Origin: Octopus sinensis
Taxonomy: Eukaryota
DNA: 64,000 nt
NCBI RefSeq assembly: GCF_006345805.1
Contig: NC_043016.1
Location: 5,394,001-5,458,000, forward strand
Reading direction: 5' to 3'
Part shown: piece after piece, positions 12,249-27,972 of the stretch
Position numbering within the stretch: the stretch's first letter is position 1
Layout: each line of letters begins with the position of its first letter
Made by a program: the position numbers and the translations under genes
Notes under the pieces: model-generated
The model's input: only the letters and a program-made list of their open reading frames with translations
Databases searched by the model: none
What the model was told of the DNA's origin: nothing

Positions 12249-12489
12249 GATATAGAATATAAAGAAAGTTAGGAGGTGAATATACTCATTTCACCAGTTG
12301 ACAGAGTGACAGCCGTTTTGCTGCCAACATCATACAAAAATAATATATTGTAGTATATAATAAATGTTTCTACATGTGTGCACTAGTGTTTATGTTTACA
12401 ACAATATTTCAACTTCAGTATATACAGACAAAAAGTTATAGTATACATACAAGTGCGCAAATATAAAATAATTTATTATATACTAAAAT

Positions 12490-12760
12490 AAATTATATTT
12501 CCATGATTTGGGCGGCGAAGCAGCCGTCATCCTATTAGTTCATATATTTCAGGAATCTTGCTCTCTTTGCCAAGTAAAGATTACGTAGCTTGCTCCTGGT
12601 TGTTCAAGGAGCTTCCATTTAATTATGCATGGGATTCCTTCCTCTTTTAAACAACACATTGGCTGGTCAGATATTGCACCTTTCCGGTAATCTATAAGAT
12701 GACCTGTCGTTGTTTAGACGTTATTTAAAAAGAGCCCCGGTTGAACCGACATATTTCGTG
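12490..12760 (-). mobile_element. Penelope-like element, GIY-YIG endonuclease C-terminal fragment
   Basis: Decayed YVGSTGGSF-KxRLNN.RSSYRLPER...LKEEGIPCIIKWKLLEQ... pattern across frameshifts. Confidence 0.6.
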
Positions 12761-13005
12761 TATGTGCCAATTTCGGGCATTCACTAATAATCTGCCATAT
12801 TGCTTCATCCCTCTCATCACACATTTGTCGGTCTCAGTTGTGATATCAATTCTGCACTTGACAGAGTTTGTCCTCAATGCTTCTTCTTGTGCCGCGCATA
12901 TAAGTGCTTCTGTTTCTATCTTCAAGTTACTCCTCAGCATCCGTAACCACCGGTCTTCTGTTTCAGTCTTGGTGCTCATATTTGTGCCAAACTGACCGTA
13001 CATTA
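12761..13005 (-). mobile_element. R4/Dong-like fragment (D2)
   Basis: MYGQF...WLRMLRSNLKIETEALICAAQEEALRTNSVKCRID, homologous to D1 and D5. Confidence 0.8.
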
Positions 13006-13049
13006 TTTTTTTTTAATGACATGTCTCTTTTTGTATTCTTTAGCTCTTT

Positions 13050-13080
<31 letters not shown>

Positions 13081-13639
13081 ACAACAACAACAACATTATT
13101 AATCATAAAAAAATAATAGATAAAAGATGAAATAACACTCGTATAAAAATGTTATGGCAATGAAGGCCTCTGCAATCGACAGCACCAATAACACCATTGC
13201 CGCAACCAGCATAACTACATTATCCACAACCAACACCAACATAATATCAAAGCCACTAGCTGTACCATCACCAACACATTCCCAAACTCAATGCTATTAT
13301 CACAACAAATAAGTCGTTGATAATTTTACTTGTCTTCCAATATTATCGTCTCTATTAATTCTACAAACGTCCTTATTATCATTGTTTTCTTAAGCATTCT
13401 TCAAGAAGACGTATATTAATATATTTAGTCATCATCAGCAGCAGTACTATTATCATCACTATTGTCATCGTCATGATAACGGTAATATTAATGATAATTG
13501 TTAATATTAAGTATTTCACAATCGTCATCGTCACCACCGTTGCTGTCTTTCTCATCATCGTTATAATCATCTCCATCAAACTACATGTGTGTATGCATGT
13601 ATGTAGTGAGGCTGAGAGAGAGAAAGCTAGTAAAGAGGG

Positions 13640-15311
<1,672 letters not shown>

Positions 15312-15628
15312 CAGATAGACAGGCAGACAGACAGACAGACAGACGGCGGACGGATGGACGGACTGATGGATGGATTGATGGATGGGTGGATGGATGGATG
15401 GATGGATGGATGGATGGACGGACGGACAAACAAGCAGATAGGTAGGTAGGGAGGTTTGTAGGTAGGTAGGAGAAGGAGGGAGTGAGATATATATATAAAT
15501 TCATATATATATTTAAATTCAGGGTGAATACTTGATAAATGTAAGCACCTGTATATGTCAGCTAGTAGCATAGGTGATAGGATATATGTATCAAATGAAA
15601 TAAATGAAAACAGGACGCAAAGGATGTT

Positions 15629-15721
15629 GAGGTACATATGTTTCGGGCTTTATAGAATAACTTATTTTTACATCAATGCATAATCGATATAACAGATAGA
15701 TCAAAAGCCTTCTTCAGCCGC
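15629..15721 (-). ncRNA. Type I hammerhead ribozyme motif (Penelope-type), slightly decayed
   Basis: Minus strand: gcgg CUGAAGA aggcuuu...aaagccc GAAA C auau G UA ccuc; palindromic stem III ACAUAUGU. Confidence 0.65.
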
Positions 15722-15967
15722 GTGCAATTGCTACACCAAAAGACCTGTATCACATTATAAAAGGTTTGAGAAAAAACATTTGGTATTGTTTATAATGGTA
15801 GGTAAACCGAGTATCATTGGGAAAGTATGTTTGTAAATCTTCATAGGCGTACATGGTTTTCTATATCGAGTGAAAAAACGGTATGGACAATTTGTTTTGG
15901 AGTCTAATAACACCATGCTTCAGTGTTATTTATTTTTTATATATCATTAGCATTTATATATATTTTA

Positions 15968-16180
15968 AGGCAGCGAGTTGGCAGAAACGTTAGCAGGCCA
16001 GGCGAAATGCTTATCGGTTTTTTGTCTGTCTTTATGCTCTGAGTTCAAATTCCGACGAGATTGACTGTACCTTTCATCCTTTTGGGGTCGATAAATTAAG
16101 TACCAGTTGCGTACTGGGGGTGATCTAATCAACTGAACTCCTCTCCCAAAATTTCGGCCTTTGTGCCTAGAGAAGAAATG
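15968..16180 (+). mobile_element. SINE family N (Nin/Deu-like central domain)
   Basis: cctttcatccttttggggtcgataaattaagtaccagttg resembles the Nin/Deu domain; B-box gagttcaaattcc. Confidence 0.7.
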
Positions 16181-16299
16181 CTTATTTATACACATTTTCT
16201 GTGCGTATGTAGAATATATATCATATAATATAAGTACGTATATATGCATATATGTATGATGTGTTTAAGTATGTATAATTTTCTGCGTTTGCATTTTTG

Positions 16300-16311
16300 T
16301 CTCTCTCTATA

Positions 16312-16409
<98 letters not shown>

Positions 16410-16504
16410 CATATATATATATATAACTGTGTATGCATGTATCATGCACTTATGTACGCACACATGTTTATATACATATATGTCTGTGTGTATACAAACA
16501 TAAT

Positions 16505-16535
<31 letters not shown>

Positions 16536-17235
16536 GCATCAGTCTATGCATGTACGTAATGCACGTATATATGTATATACATGGATACATACATATACAT
16601 ACATACAGACACACACACACACACATATACATGTAGTATTGTTTGCATGTGTATGTTTGTGTATGTATATCAGAATGTATGTATGTATGTATGTAGTGTT
16701 CATGCACTTATAAGACAAATGAGGTAATTTATCAGAAATTAACCAATGTTTAATGACGAGTCACTACCAGAATTGTTTAAAGACTCTTTTCAAAAATAAA
16801 AGAGTTGGTTCGCCAAAATGGCGACAAGAAAATAATCGCCAGCAAACAACATCGTATAAAACAAATATGAACAATAAACATCATGAAAAATAAAGTACTT
16901 AATGAACAGGTTCAATTCACAGTCCATTCAATCTCATTGTTATTATACTTATCGTTAGTTATTTTCTATGTATATACATAGAATATATACAGTATATATA
17001 CACGTATATATCCATAGATGCCAAACTCAAACATATGTATACTAACAGGCAAAAGACAACACACACGCACATATACATACATGTATACGTGCACACATAC
17101 GCACATATATATATATAGGTATACTCACTTACATACATATACACATGCTTGATATATGCATGCCAAACACGCATACAGAAGAATATTTCATACATACATA
17201 TATACGCATACATACATATACGTACATACATACAT
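16300..17235. repeat. (TA)n/(TACA)n/(CA)n low-complexity region with a short unique core
   Basis: Direct reading. Confidence 0.8.
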
Positions 17236-19757
17236 ATTCATCTTAAGTGGTATTGAGCTGAAGCTGTGGTGAAGGTGGAAGTGGGAGAGTTGGTAGGCTC
17301 TGTCGGAGAAAGAGTGCAGTGTGCAGCGGACAGTGTGAAGTCAAGACGTGTGTGTAAGACCAAGAGAAGGAAACGACCACGTGGGTGGTGAGAGAATGCT
17401 CCCTCCAAATGGACAGCTGAGAAAGCCTGAATTCTCCTTTTTCTCAATTTCGCCTTCATACCACAAGCTATTTCGGATCATTGCGTAGCGTCCAAAAAAA
17501 AATCTACTTACCACGGTAAAATATGGCATCGAAAATTAGACTCGGCAACGACATGTTGAGACCATTCTCTTGCCAAGGCGACGTGGTGGCCTGGATGAAG
17601 AAGGTGAAGCTGGTAGCAAAATTGCAGGGATTATAGGACGTAGCCAGTCTCCTACCGTTTTATCTAGAAGGTAGCCCACTGAGCCTGTATCTAGAGACGT
17701 CGGAAGGCGATCAGCAAAAGATCGAAAAGATCAAGGAACGGCTGAAATTTGCTTACACAGATAGAGCCTTTAAGGTGTATAGTAAGCTTAGAAGCGTGAG
17801 CTGAACAGGAGATCAGGCCAGCGACTATGCGAGCGAGATTAGGAGATTGGTAGCTTTAGCAGAGGTTTCCGGCAAGGCAGTGGAGAGAATTGTGTGGTTG
17901 GCCTTTGTGACCGGATTTCCTGATCACATCTCAGTAAGTTTGCAGCAGCTACCGGGTATCCGCACCATGCCGGTGAACGAGTTGATAGATCGTACTCGCG
18001 TCATGACTCAGAACAACATACGTGATGTAGTTTGTACAATGACGGAGACGAGAATGACGAAGAGGCGAATGGAAGCTAACGGGAAGAAGAATGAGGCGAG
18101 AGAAGGTGGGCGAACGACGAAGGGACCATGTTTCAGGTGTCGGAGTCCTCATATAGTCAGAGACAGCACGAACCAAAACCAGAAGTGGTGTGCTACCGGT
18201 GTGATCAGCTTGGGCACATCGTCAACCAATGCAAACAGGGAAACGGATGGAGGGGAGCTACTGCGCCGGTAGCTACCCCGTCAACCGATTAGAGACATAC
18301 TTGCGGTCACTGCCAATAATAAACATTCAGGTGGGGTCGAGAGAGGCTCGAGCCCTTGTAGATACTGATTGTACTACAACGTTGGTGACTGTAAAGATGG
18401 TGACTAGCTGGGGCGGTAATTCAAATCTGAGCACAGTGGATGGTAGGAAGTTTATGTGCAGAGGCGAAGGCGGAATACAGTTGATAGTGCAAGGGTCGGC
18501 TGTGAAGGTTCAGGCGATTGCTGTCGACGAAGTGGTGGTCGGCGTTGACGTAGTGGTGGGAATGGACGTGTTTGAGTGGCGTGACGGTAGGCGAGAAGGA
18601 GCCAAATTCGATGCACACGATGTAAAGTAAAGTACTTCTGGAAGGGTGAGCCGCCGGTGTTACGAAACAGGGTGAGCTGTTACGAACACACCTACAAAGG
18701 AGGAACCAGAAATCAATTCGAGAGGGAGGTGGATCGATGGATAGAGGAGGGTATTTTGAGGCCATGGGGAGGAGAAGAGTAAAATGGTGTGTTGCCCTTT
18801 ACAAAGTTCGACCAGTACTCGATTTCCGTGAACTGAATGAGCACGTGTCATGTGGGTGGTGAGGTAGCAGACGTCTACGGGGAAACTTTGCAGGTTTGGA
18901 GGCGCACGACAGGAGCATCTACAATCGACGACCTGAAGTCGTCCTATCTGCAACTTCATGTGTACAAAGAAACTATGGAAGTACCAGTTGGTGCGGTACT
19001 AGGGTAGAACTTACTGCTTGACTCGGTTGGGGTTTGGCTTGAGTTCGGCATCAAAAGTTACGGTAAAGGTCCTAAAGACGGTCTCGGGGAAGGTGGCCGA
19101 GCTGGAGCAAACGACTAATTCATACATTGACGACATCCTTGTAGATGAGAGTGTAGCGACGTTAGAGGGGTCGTAGATCATCTTAAGAAGTTTGGGCTAG
19201 CTGCTAAACCGCCAGAGGCCATAGAAGGAGGTGCTGCTCTAGGGCTCAAGATTGAAAGAGATATGATGGGCAGGCTTGTTTTTCGCCGAGGAAATAAGAT
19301 TCCGGACCTGAGCAAAGACATGAGTAGGCGAGAACTCTTCTCAGTGTGTGGAAAGCTGGTGGGACACTATCCAATTGCAGGATGGCTTGGGACAGCATGC
19401 AGCTTCATCAAGAGGCGTGCCGAAGTAGTAAAGTGGAGCGACAAAGTAGGGGAGAAGACAACTACCATGATGCAAGACGTTTTGGAGAGAGTGAGAGTGG
19501 AGGATCCAGTGTGGGGCAGCTGGAATGTGCCAGAAAAGAAAATGGGAGTTGTTTGGTGTGATGCAAGTAGCATCGCAGTTGAGGTGGAAGATGCAGCGTG
19601 ACTCAGAAAATAGGATGATTGCAGCTATATCAATGTGACTGAATTGGATGCCGTACTAAAGGGCGTGAACTTGGCACTGAGATGGGGGCTCCACGAATTG
19701 GAAATTCGAACTGATTCAGCCACAGTAAGAGGGTGGGTGACATCAGTGATCAGCAAT
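17236..19757 (+). mobile_element. Gypsy/Ty3-like LTR retrotransposon, decayed and truncated before integrase
   Basis: gag from ATG 17523 (RPFSCQGDVVAWMKKVKLVAKL); knuckles CFRCRSPH and CYRCDQLGHIVNQC; protease ALVDTDC; RT FGLSSA...YIDDILV; RNase H VWCDAS, ELDAVLKG, RTDSATV. LTR boundaries not resolved. Confidence 0.85.
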
Positions 19758-20240
19758 ATTTGTTTTAAATATTTTAATTAATTGCAATTTATTTCCTAAT
19801 AACAATGATATATTATAGTTTATTATTCTTTTCTTATATATGTTAAAATTTTATTTTTATAGATATAATAAATAGTTATACCTTTTTATTCTATTTTTTT
19901 TATTTAAACAAGAATATATTTGTTAAGATATTTCGTATTTTACAAGATTATATACGTATATTTATTAATTTATCTAATTAATTATTTTATTGTTTTTATC
20001 TTTAAACTGATAAGTGACTATATTTATATTGAAATGATTTTACTATTATCATTTCTTAAATATAGCCACGAAACACGTGTAGTTATTCTACCCAATATAT
20101 ACGTTTTATTTATTATTTTGCACATTACTATTTAATCTATATTTAATCTATAAGATGTAATTTTTGTAAATGATATAATTTAATTTTTTCATTATTGAAT
20201 TGATAAAGGGTGATTTTTTTTCTAATTTATATATATATAT
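19758..20240 (+). mobile_element. AT-rich Penelope-like terminal repeat
   Basis: Homologous in inverse orientation to ~51700-52000; contains a hammerhead motif. Confidence 0.6.
20003..20085 (+). ncRNA. Hammerhead motif with mutated core (CUGAUAA)
   Basis: CUGAUAA gugacuauau...auauagccac GAAA C acgu G UA guua. Confidence 0.5.
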
Positions 20241-20828
20241 CTTTTACTCTTTTACTTGTTTCAGTCTTTTGACTGCGGCCATGCTGGAGCACCGCCTTTA
20301 ATCGAGCAACTCGACCCCGGGACTTATTCTTTTGTAAGCCCAGTACTTATTCTATCGGTCTCTTTTGCCGAACCGCTAAGTAACGGGGACATAAACACAC
20401 CAGCATCGGTTGTCAAGCAATGCTAGAGGGACAAACACACTCACACAAACACACACACGCATATATATATATATACATATATACGACGGGCTTCTTTCAG
20501 TTTCCGTCTACCAAATCCACTCACAAGGCTTTGGTCGGCCCGAGGCTATAGTAGAAGACACTTGCCCAAGGTGCCACGCAGTGGGACTGAACCCGGAACC
20601 ATGTGGCGGGTAAACAAGCTACTTACCACACAGCCACTCCTGCGCCTATATATATATATATACGACGGGCTTCTTTTAATTTCCATCTACGAAATCCACT
20701 CACAAGGCTTTGATCAGCCCTAGGCAATAGTAGAAGACACTTCCCCAAGGTGCCACACAGTAGGACTGAACCCGGAACCATGTGGTTGGGAAGCAAGTTT
20801 CTTACCACACAGCCACACTTGCGCCTAT
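20241..20828 (-). mobile_element. SINE A full copy (20241-20648) plus a tandem extra head half (20662-20828)
   Basis: Homology to 9998-10551 and 31254-31650. Confidence 0.88.
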
Positions 20829-21149
20829 AGTAAAAGACTTGCCAATTTACCACTATACGTAACGTCACATCGTTGCAAAGCAAATATCTTAGCAACACAG
20901 TCATTCTTGTGCTATTAAATAATTAAAAAACACGATACTGATGACTACACAACCAATATTCAAGAACTTACAGATATACTCAATATTCAGAAAAGCGCAA
21001 TAATAAATACTGCATCAATACAGTGCAACATGTAACACACAATAGTGAAAACGCAAAACATGCACGTACCTGGTGAACATAGATCTGCGCACTTTAAATG
21101 AAAGCACTGGAAAAAGGAATGAATAAAAAAAACGGCATTAATATTGATT

Positions 21150-21541
21150 TCAAATTTTGGCACAAGGCTAGCAATTTTAGGGGAGGGTTATGTCAATTAT
21201 ATCGATCCTGTGCTCAACTGATACTTATGTTATCGAACTCCTGAAAGCATCAAAAGTAAAGTTGACCTCGGCGCAATGACATCTTAGAGCGTAAAGACGA
21301 ACGAAATGCCTAAGTTGTTGTTAATGGGTTTTTAAATTTTGACACAATGGCAGCAAGTTTGGAAGAGCGGGTAAGTCGATTACAGCAATCCTTGTGCTCA
21401 ACTGATACTTATTTTATGACCTTGATAGGATGAAAGGCAAAGTCGACCTCTGCGAAATATGGATTCAGAAGGTAAAGACATACCAAATGCCACTAAGCAT
21501 TTTATTTGGCGTGCTTTCAATTCTGCCAGCTTGCCGCCTTA
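21150..21541 (-). mobile_element. Two tandem decayed SINE N copies
   Basis: Repeated ttgtgctcaactgatacttat...aaag(g)caaagtcgacctc. Confidence 0.65.
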
Positions 21542-22249
21542 AATTACATTAATATTACAGTTATTATGACGTGAAAATTGTTCATATAAATCTAAAGACT
21601 GGAGTTTAAAACTAATACAAGAAAACAATTTCGTAATACTACATCATCTCTCATATACAATAGTATATTTTAGTGCTATTTGAATGCAATAATAAGGAAC
21701 AATAGGTGCTGAATGTGAAAGAAACTGAAGATACGTCTCGTGAACAATGGTTGTTATTTTGTTATTGTCTGCACATAACATGAAGAAGCTGCATAGCCCG
21801 GGGCGTGAGGTTAAAAGTCGGCTATATTGAAAATGGTTGGCTAGTTTTGAAGCAGGAAATATGCAATTTTTTTTCGATACCTTACTAAAAGAGATAATTT
21901 GTTCTATTTGCAAGAGAAGATCGGTTTCATTACTAGATCTTAGTGTTACCCCTGGAGGGTCCGTCGAACTATATCAATCAACGGCTTTTAATGAGGAGGA
22001 CAAAAGAGTTAGTGGAGGCAGGTTTTCTGACAGAATATTGAACATTTCTGATTTAGCATGAGAGTACACTCATTTTAATAAAAGAAATGCATTGCAAATA
22101 TAGCGTATCCGTGATAATAGTAGTAAAAAAAACGTAACAAATAGATTCTGTTTTGTTTTTCCGATCTCGCAAAGAGAATAATCAACAGCCACGCGTAAAT
22201 AGTTCAACAAATATGAATACAGATAATAATGATGATGATGGGCACAAAC

Positions 22250-22720
22250 CGAGTGGCGGTGTCGGAGACTTACAAAATGCTCTAAGATTTCCTAATCCAA
22301 ACAGATCAGATGCTAGAGCATAACAGACCGGACCAAGTGGTGGTCAACAAATCGCACCACATGTGCTATATAACTAATGTCACGTGCCCTTTTGACCTCT
22401 GAATAGTCAAGAAGAAAGGCGACAAAATAGAGGAATACAACCCTCTTAAGTACAAAATAGCCCAGCTATGGGAAATGAAGAAAGTGAAGATAGTGCCAAT
22501 TATTTTTGGGTCCTTGAGAACAGTATCAGCAGGAATCAAGAGGAATATAAAGGAAATTGGAAGAGAGTGCCCAGTAGAACTATTACAAAAAGTTTGCCTC
22601 CTTAGCACGACCAGAATAATCAGGAAAGTATTAGATAGCTGGAAAGAACAGTTAATATGATACCATAAGTTACCGGCAGCAAACACGCTACTCATGCAAG
22701 ACTTCAGCTGTTCCAACAAA
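22250..22720 (+). mobile_element. R4/Dong-like 3' RLE fragment (D3, divergent family)
   Basis: NRPDQVVVNK, NVTCPFD, KIEEYNPLKYKIAQLWEMKKVKIVPIIFGSL, LQKVCLLSTTRIIRKVL. Confidence 0.8.
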
Positions 22721-22721
22721 A

Positions 22722-23235
22722 CCTGTGGCTCTCGTGGCTTCTGATCTTAACTGACTGGAAGTGTTATCATGTACATTGGTTTGTTTTGGTATAAAAGATG
22801 GGCTACAGCAAATATTCTGCTCAATACCACAATTTGCTTCTCAATTGCTTGATCTTAACCAGTTGAGCATGTCCTTTGGCGGCTGATGATATGTGCATCT
22901 CTGATCACGAGCAGAAGTAGTGGGGGAGCATCAAAGTGATGTGCTGAGAGGAATTCTTTGGGGTTTGAATAATTCACCTCTGGAAACAAGGGTGTTTCGT
23001 TCAATATCCTTTGGTAATCATTCAGGGACATTTGAGCGGGGTGGACTACTCAACCTGAACTACCCACCTGCAAAGTCATACGCTATTTATCTTGATATGA
23101 GATCACCATATTGTGCACATATGGTTGTTATGCATGGGCCTGATGTATCCTTATCAGACGGGTACTCATAATGGGTATACTGGGTCTTCGTACATTTGTA
23201 CCCTGATGTCACTGATGGCTTGCACTGCTCTCTCA
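22722..23235. repeat. Unclassified interspersed repeat U, copy 2
   Basis: Homology to 4606-5075. Confidence 0.8.
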
Positions 23236-23239
23236 CTCA

Positions 23240-23316
23240 ATATTAATAATAATAATGATAGTACTAGTAATAATATAATAATAATATAATATAATAGTAA
23301 TAATAATAATATAAAA

Positions 23317-23347
<31 letters not shown>

Positions 23348-23362
23348 ATAATAATAATAATA

Positions 23363-23402
<40 letters not shown>

Positions 23403-23539
23403 TGATGAGAATAATAATAACAATAATAATAACAATAATGATAATAATAATATTAATAATAAATAATAATAATAATAATAATGATAATAATAATAATAAT
23501 AATATAATAATAATGATGATGATGATGATGATGATGATT

Positions 23540-23577
<38 letters not shown>

Positions 23578-23604
23578 AATAATATAATAATAATAATAAT
23601 AATC

Positions 23605-23639
<35 letters not shown>

Positions 23640-23644
23640 TCATC

Positions 23645-23700
<56 letters not shown>
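23240..23700. repeat. Compound (TAA)n/(TGA)n/(TAA)n/(TCA)n microsatellite
   Basis: Direct reading. Confidence 0.95.
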
Positions 23701-23703
<3 letters not shown>

Positions 23704-24497
23704 GCCTATTAACCGGAACTACCGGGCCAATATGATGAAAAAATGGAGCAGACCCAAAATGCCGATTCTGCAACGACATGATTGAAACAGTGGACCACCT
23801 AATCTCTGGATGTAAAGTCTTAGCACCAGTGGAGTATAAATTAAGACATGACAGAGTTGGCCAATATCTACACTGGCTAATAAATCGGCATTACAATATC
23901 AAAACTGCCGACAAGTGGTATAATCACCACCCTGAAGGAGAAAATGTAACGATTCTGTGATACTTTCCAGTACATACAGACCGAACCATCAAAGCCAGTA
24001 GACCGGAGTGTTGTGAAAGACCAAAACAATAAAGTTTGCTTATTGATCGACATGAGCATCCCCTGTGATCATAATATCTCGGCGAAAGAATTTGACAAGC
24101 TCAGAAAATATAAAGACCTGCTCATTGAAATTGAGAAAATGTGGCATCTCAAGACGGTTACAATACCAGTGATCGTAGGAGCACTAGGAATGATCAAGAA
24201 GGGAACCGAAAATTATATGAGAATGATCCCTGGCTTACCATCCCTGCAAGAAGTGCAAAAGATTGTCTTAACTGGTACATCACACGTATTGAGAAGAGCA
24301 TTGTCGATATGAGAACTATTACTACCCATGTATTTTAATTTAACTTTATTTCTATAAAAGATTTAAAAAATGAACGAACTAGTGAGTTTAGTTTAATGGC
24401 CAACCAATGTATACTATGAGATTCTTTGCCCTAGGAGTCGGGAAGACACTCGGCAAGAAATGGAAGCAAATTTGAAAGAAGAAGATATACCCATAAA
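23701..24497 (+). mobile_element. R4/Dong-like 5'-truncated copy (D4)
   Basis: CRFCNDMIETVDHLISGC...RHDRVGQYLHW; LLIDMSIPCDHNISAKEFDKLRKYKDLLIEIEKMW; 3'UTR followed by (TAA)n 24498-24667. Confidence 0.9.
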
Positions 24498-24498
24498 A

Positions 24499-24553
<55 letters not shown>

Positions 24554-24562
24554 GTAATAGTA

Positions 24563-24941
<379 letters not shown>

Positions 24942-27900
24942 ATGTAAGAAGGAAAATACAGAGCTCCAAAATCTATCCACAAACATCGAAAACAAGGACA
25001 TCCTATGGAGCCAAAGATTTACTAACAAAGAATTGGACTGTATCCGAGTAAGTAATACTAATTGAAATTTATTACTATTTTCAAAACGAAATTATGTATT
25101 TTGACTCGATATCATCTCCACCTCTAACACAACACATGTAAACATGCGTGGAACATCACGATCATCCCCACCCCAAACACCATGTACAAAGGAACTGCGA
25201 AGAAATTAAATGCCACCGATACTATTCAACCCAAGAATAACAATCGAGCGGTACGTACATTAAACCTACAACAAAAAATGTACGAAAAACTACACGTGCG
25301 AATAATGTGACAACAGAAATAAACGGACCGGTACCCTACGAAAATGACGACCGTCAAAATAATGGGCCGGACGTTGTACCTCATGTCCCGCAAATAAAAC
25401 CCAAAAGACGTAAATGGACACGTGAGGAATACATTTCTATCTTACACGCATACTTCACAGCAATGCTCTACCCAAAAAATGAAAATACAACAACACATAC
25501 ATGGATACAGCAATGAACCCTAATAAATTAGCTAACGTACGAAGATACATTCTCAACACAAAAATATATCAGAAATAGAAATAGAACATCTAAAAGAAAA
25601 AATACACCAGGAAAATGTAGATAGAAGCCACACAACAATGCCCAATAATATAAACACTGAAACTGTAAAACACGAAGACAAACGCAACATTCCCAACAAA
25701 CACGATGTAAACAACGAAGAGGAGCCTAATGATTATGATAATATAAAAAATAAAATAATCAAAGAACTGAAAACCACAGAGCTCAAAATGGACCACCGAC
25801 CATACCTCCCAAGAATCAAAATAAACGAAATAACAACACCAATTATAAACAGCATAAACCTAGCCGTCACTGAAGCAAAAAAAATTGATATCACTGAGCT
25901 AAATGACTTAATATACGCAGCAGCCACTGCAGCCACAAAAGAAGCTGGATACTCACCCAAACCCGCCCAAACAGGAGTACCACCACCCAAACAAACCCTG
26001 TGGATAAATAACATCCAAAACAAAATTTTAAAAATTAGAAAAGACCTGTCGATTCTTAATGAAATCAGCAAACAATCAACGCTACTGAGCAACAAAAAGA
26101 AAACAAAAATACTCCGCAAATATAACATCACAGAGAAAGATTTGCCTGAGATAAAAGAAAAGCTGAAGCAAGATATCCTTGCCAAAGCACAAAGGATCCG
26201 CCGGTACGAGAATAGAACAGGATATGGCTACAAAATTGACAACAGGAAAATAAGCTATCTATTTTATATGGATGATTTAAAGCTATATGGCAAAGATGAT
26301 GAAGAGCTTGAAGGATTATTACATACTGTGAAAGGATTCAGTGATGATATCGGGATGAAGTTTGGCCTTGAAAAGTGTGCCAAAGCCACTTTTAAGAAAG
26401 GGAAATTGGTAAAGTCTAGTTCAATCGAATTAGATGTCGAAACAGTAATAAAGGAACTTGAGCAGGAACAATCGTATAAATACCTAGGAATAAATGAAGG
26501 CTCTGGTATCCAGCATGCAAGCATGAAAGAGAAGGTTAGTAAGGAATGTTATAGAAGAGTTCGAGCACTCCTGAAGTCTGAGCTGAATGCATATAATAAG
26601 GTATTAGCCATAAATTCCTTAGCAGTACCAGTTGTTCTTTATAGCTTCAATGTGCTTAACTGGAATACTCGTGAAATAATGAAAATTGACAGAAAAATCC
26701 GCAAGCTACTGACTTGTAATAAGATGCACCATCCAAAGGCAGACGTGGATCGCCTTTACCTTCCCAGAGCTCAGGGAGATCGAGGTTTGATCCAGCTTGA
26801 ACTTACTTACAAAACCACCACAATCGGACTGGTCAAATACCTTGAAGCAACCAACGATTGGATGCTAAAACTTGTTGAAAAACATGAAAGACCTAAAAAA
26901 CTTCACTCTATTCTCAAAGAGAGCAAAACATTCACCGCTGATCTCTTAGATACCCACCAGATTTATCAGGTTGAAGGAAATGCGCCAACTGCAGCTGCAA
27001 AGAAAATAAAATCAACTGCAAAGACAAAAGCACATGAAAAATTAGCTAGCAGATGGGAACAGAAACCTCTCCATGGCAAGTATGTGGCCCGTAGCAAGCA
27101 AGCTGATGTCGACCAGAAACACACGTACCAATGGTTACGAAGCTCAGGGCTAAAAGCAGAGAGTGAAGGTTTCATATTAGCTGCTCCAGACCAAAGCTTA
27201 TTAACCCGGAACTACCAAGCCAATGTGATAAAAAATGGAGCTGACCCAAAATGCCGATTCTGTAACGATGAGATTGAAACAATAGACTGCCTAATCTCAG
27301 GGTGTAGAGTCTTAGCACCTGCAGAATATAAAGCAAGACATGACAGACTCGGCCAGTATTTACATTAGACAATATGTCGGCATTATAAAATCAAAACCGC
27401 TGACAAATGGTATAAACACCATCCTGAAGCTGTGACTGTGTCGATTCTATGGGACTTCCCCGTACAGACCGACAAGACTATAAAAGCTAATAAACTGGAT
27501 ATTATTATAAAAGATCAGACAAAAATGATGTGTTTATTAATTGACATGAGTATCCCTTGCGATCACAATATAGCGGCGAAAGAATTTGACAAAATTAGTA
27601 AATATAAAGACCTGCTAATAGAAATTGAAAAAATGTGGCATCTCAAGGCGACTACAGTACCAGTGATTGTAGGATCTCTATGAATGATAAAAAAAGGTAC
27701 TGAAACCTATTTGAAAATGATTCCAGGCTTACCATCCCTACAGGAAGTGCCAAAAATCATATTAACTGGAACGGCTCATGTACTGAGAGGAGCATTATCG
27801 CTGTGAAAACAACATCCATCCATGAATTTATTTATTAATTTTTAAATACATATTTTATCTGTGAATTTGCGTGTGTAATCTGGGAATGCATACAATGAGC

Positions 27901-27972
27901 TTCTCTGCCCTAGATGTACGGAAAACACTCGGCGAGAAACGAAAGAAAATTTGAAGAAAGAAGGAAAAAAAC

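Noticed and set aside
16808-16825. tcgccaaaatggcga, a YY1-like palindromic motif
   Set aside because: A single short motif with no CpG island or gene downstream.
17236-17522. Gypsy 5' LTR and primer-binding site
   Set aside because: There is no second LTR for comparison and no clear TG...CA boundary or PBS, so it is left as a leader.
21644-22061. Non-repetitive ORFs 21644-21913 (-) and 21837-22061 (+)
   Set aside because: Short, overlapping, with no recognisable domain or splice structure.
23517-23700. (GAT)n and (ATC)n tracts as a functional inverted repeat
   Set aside because: This is an automatic consequence of adjacent opposite-strand microsatellites.
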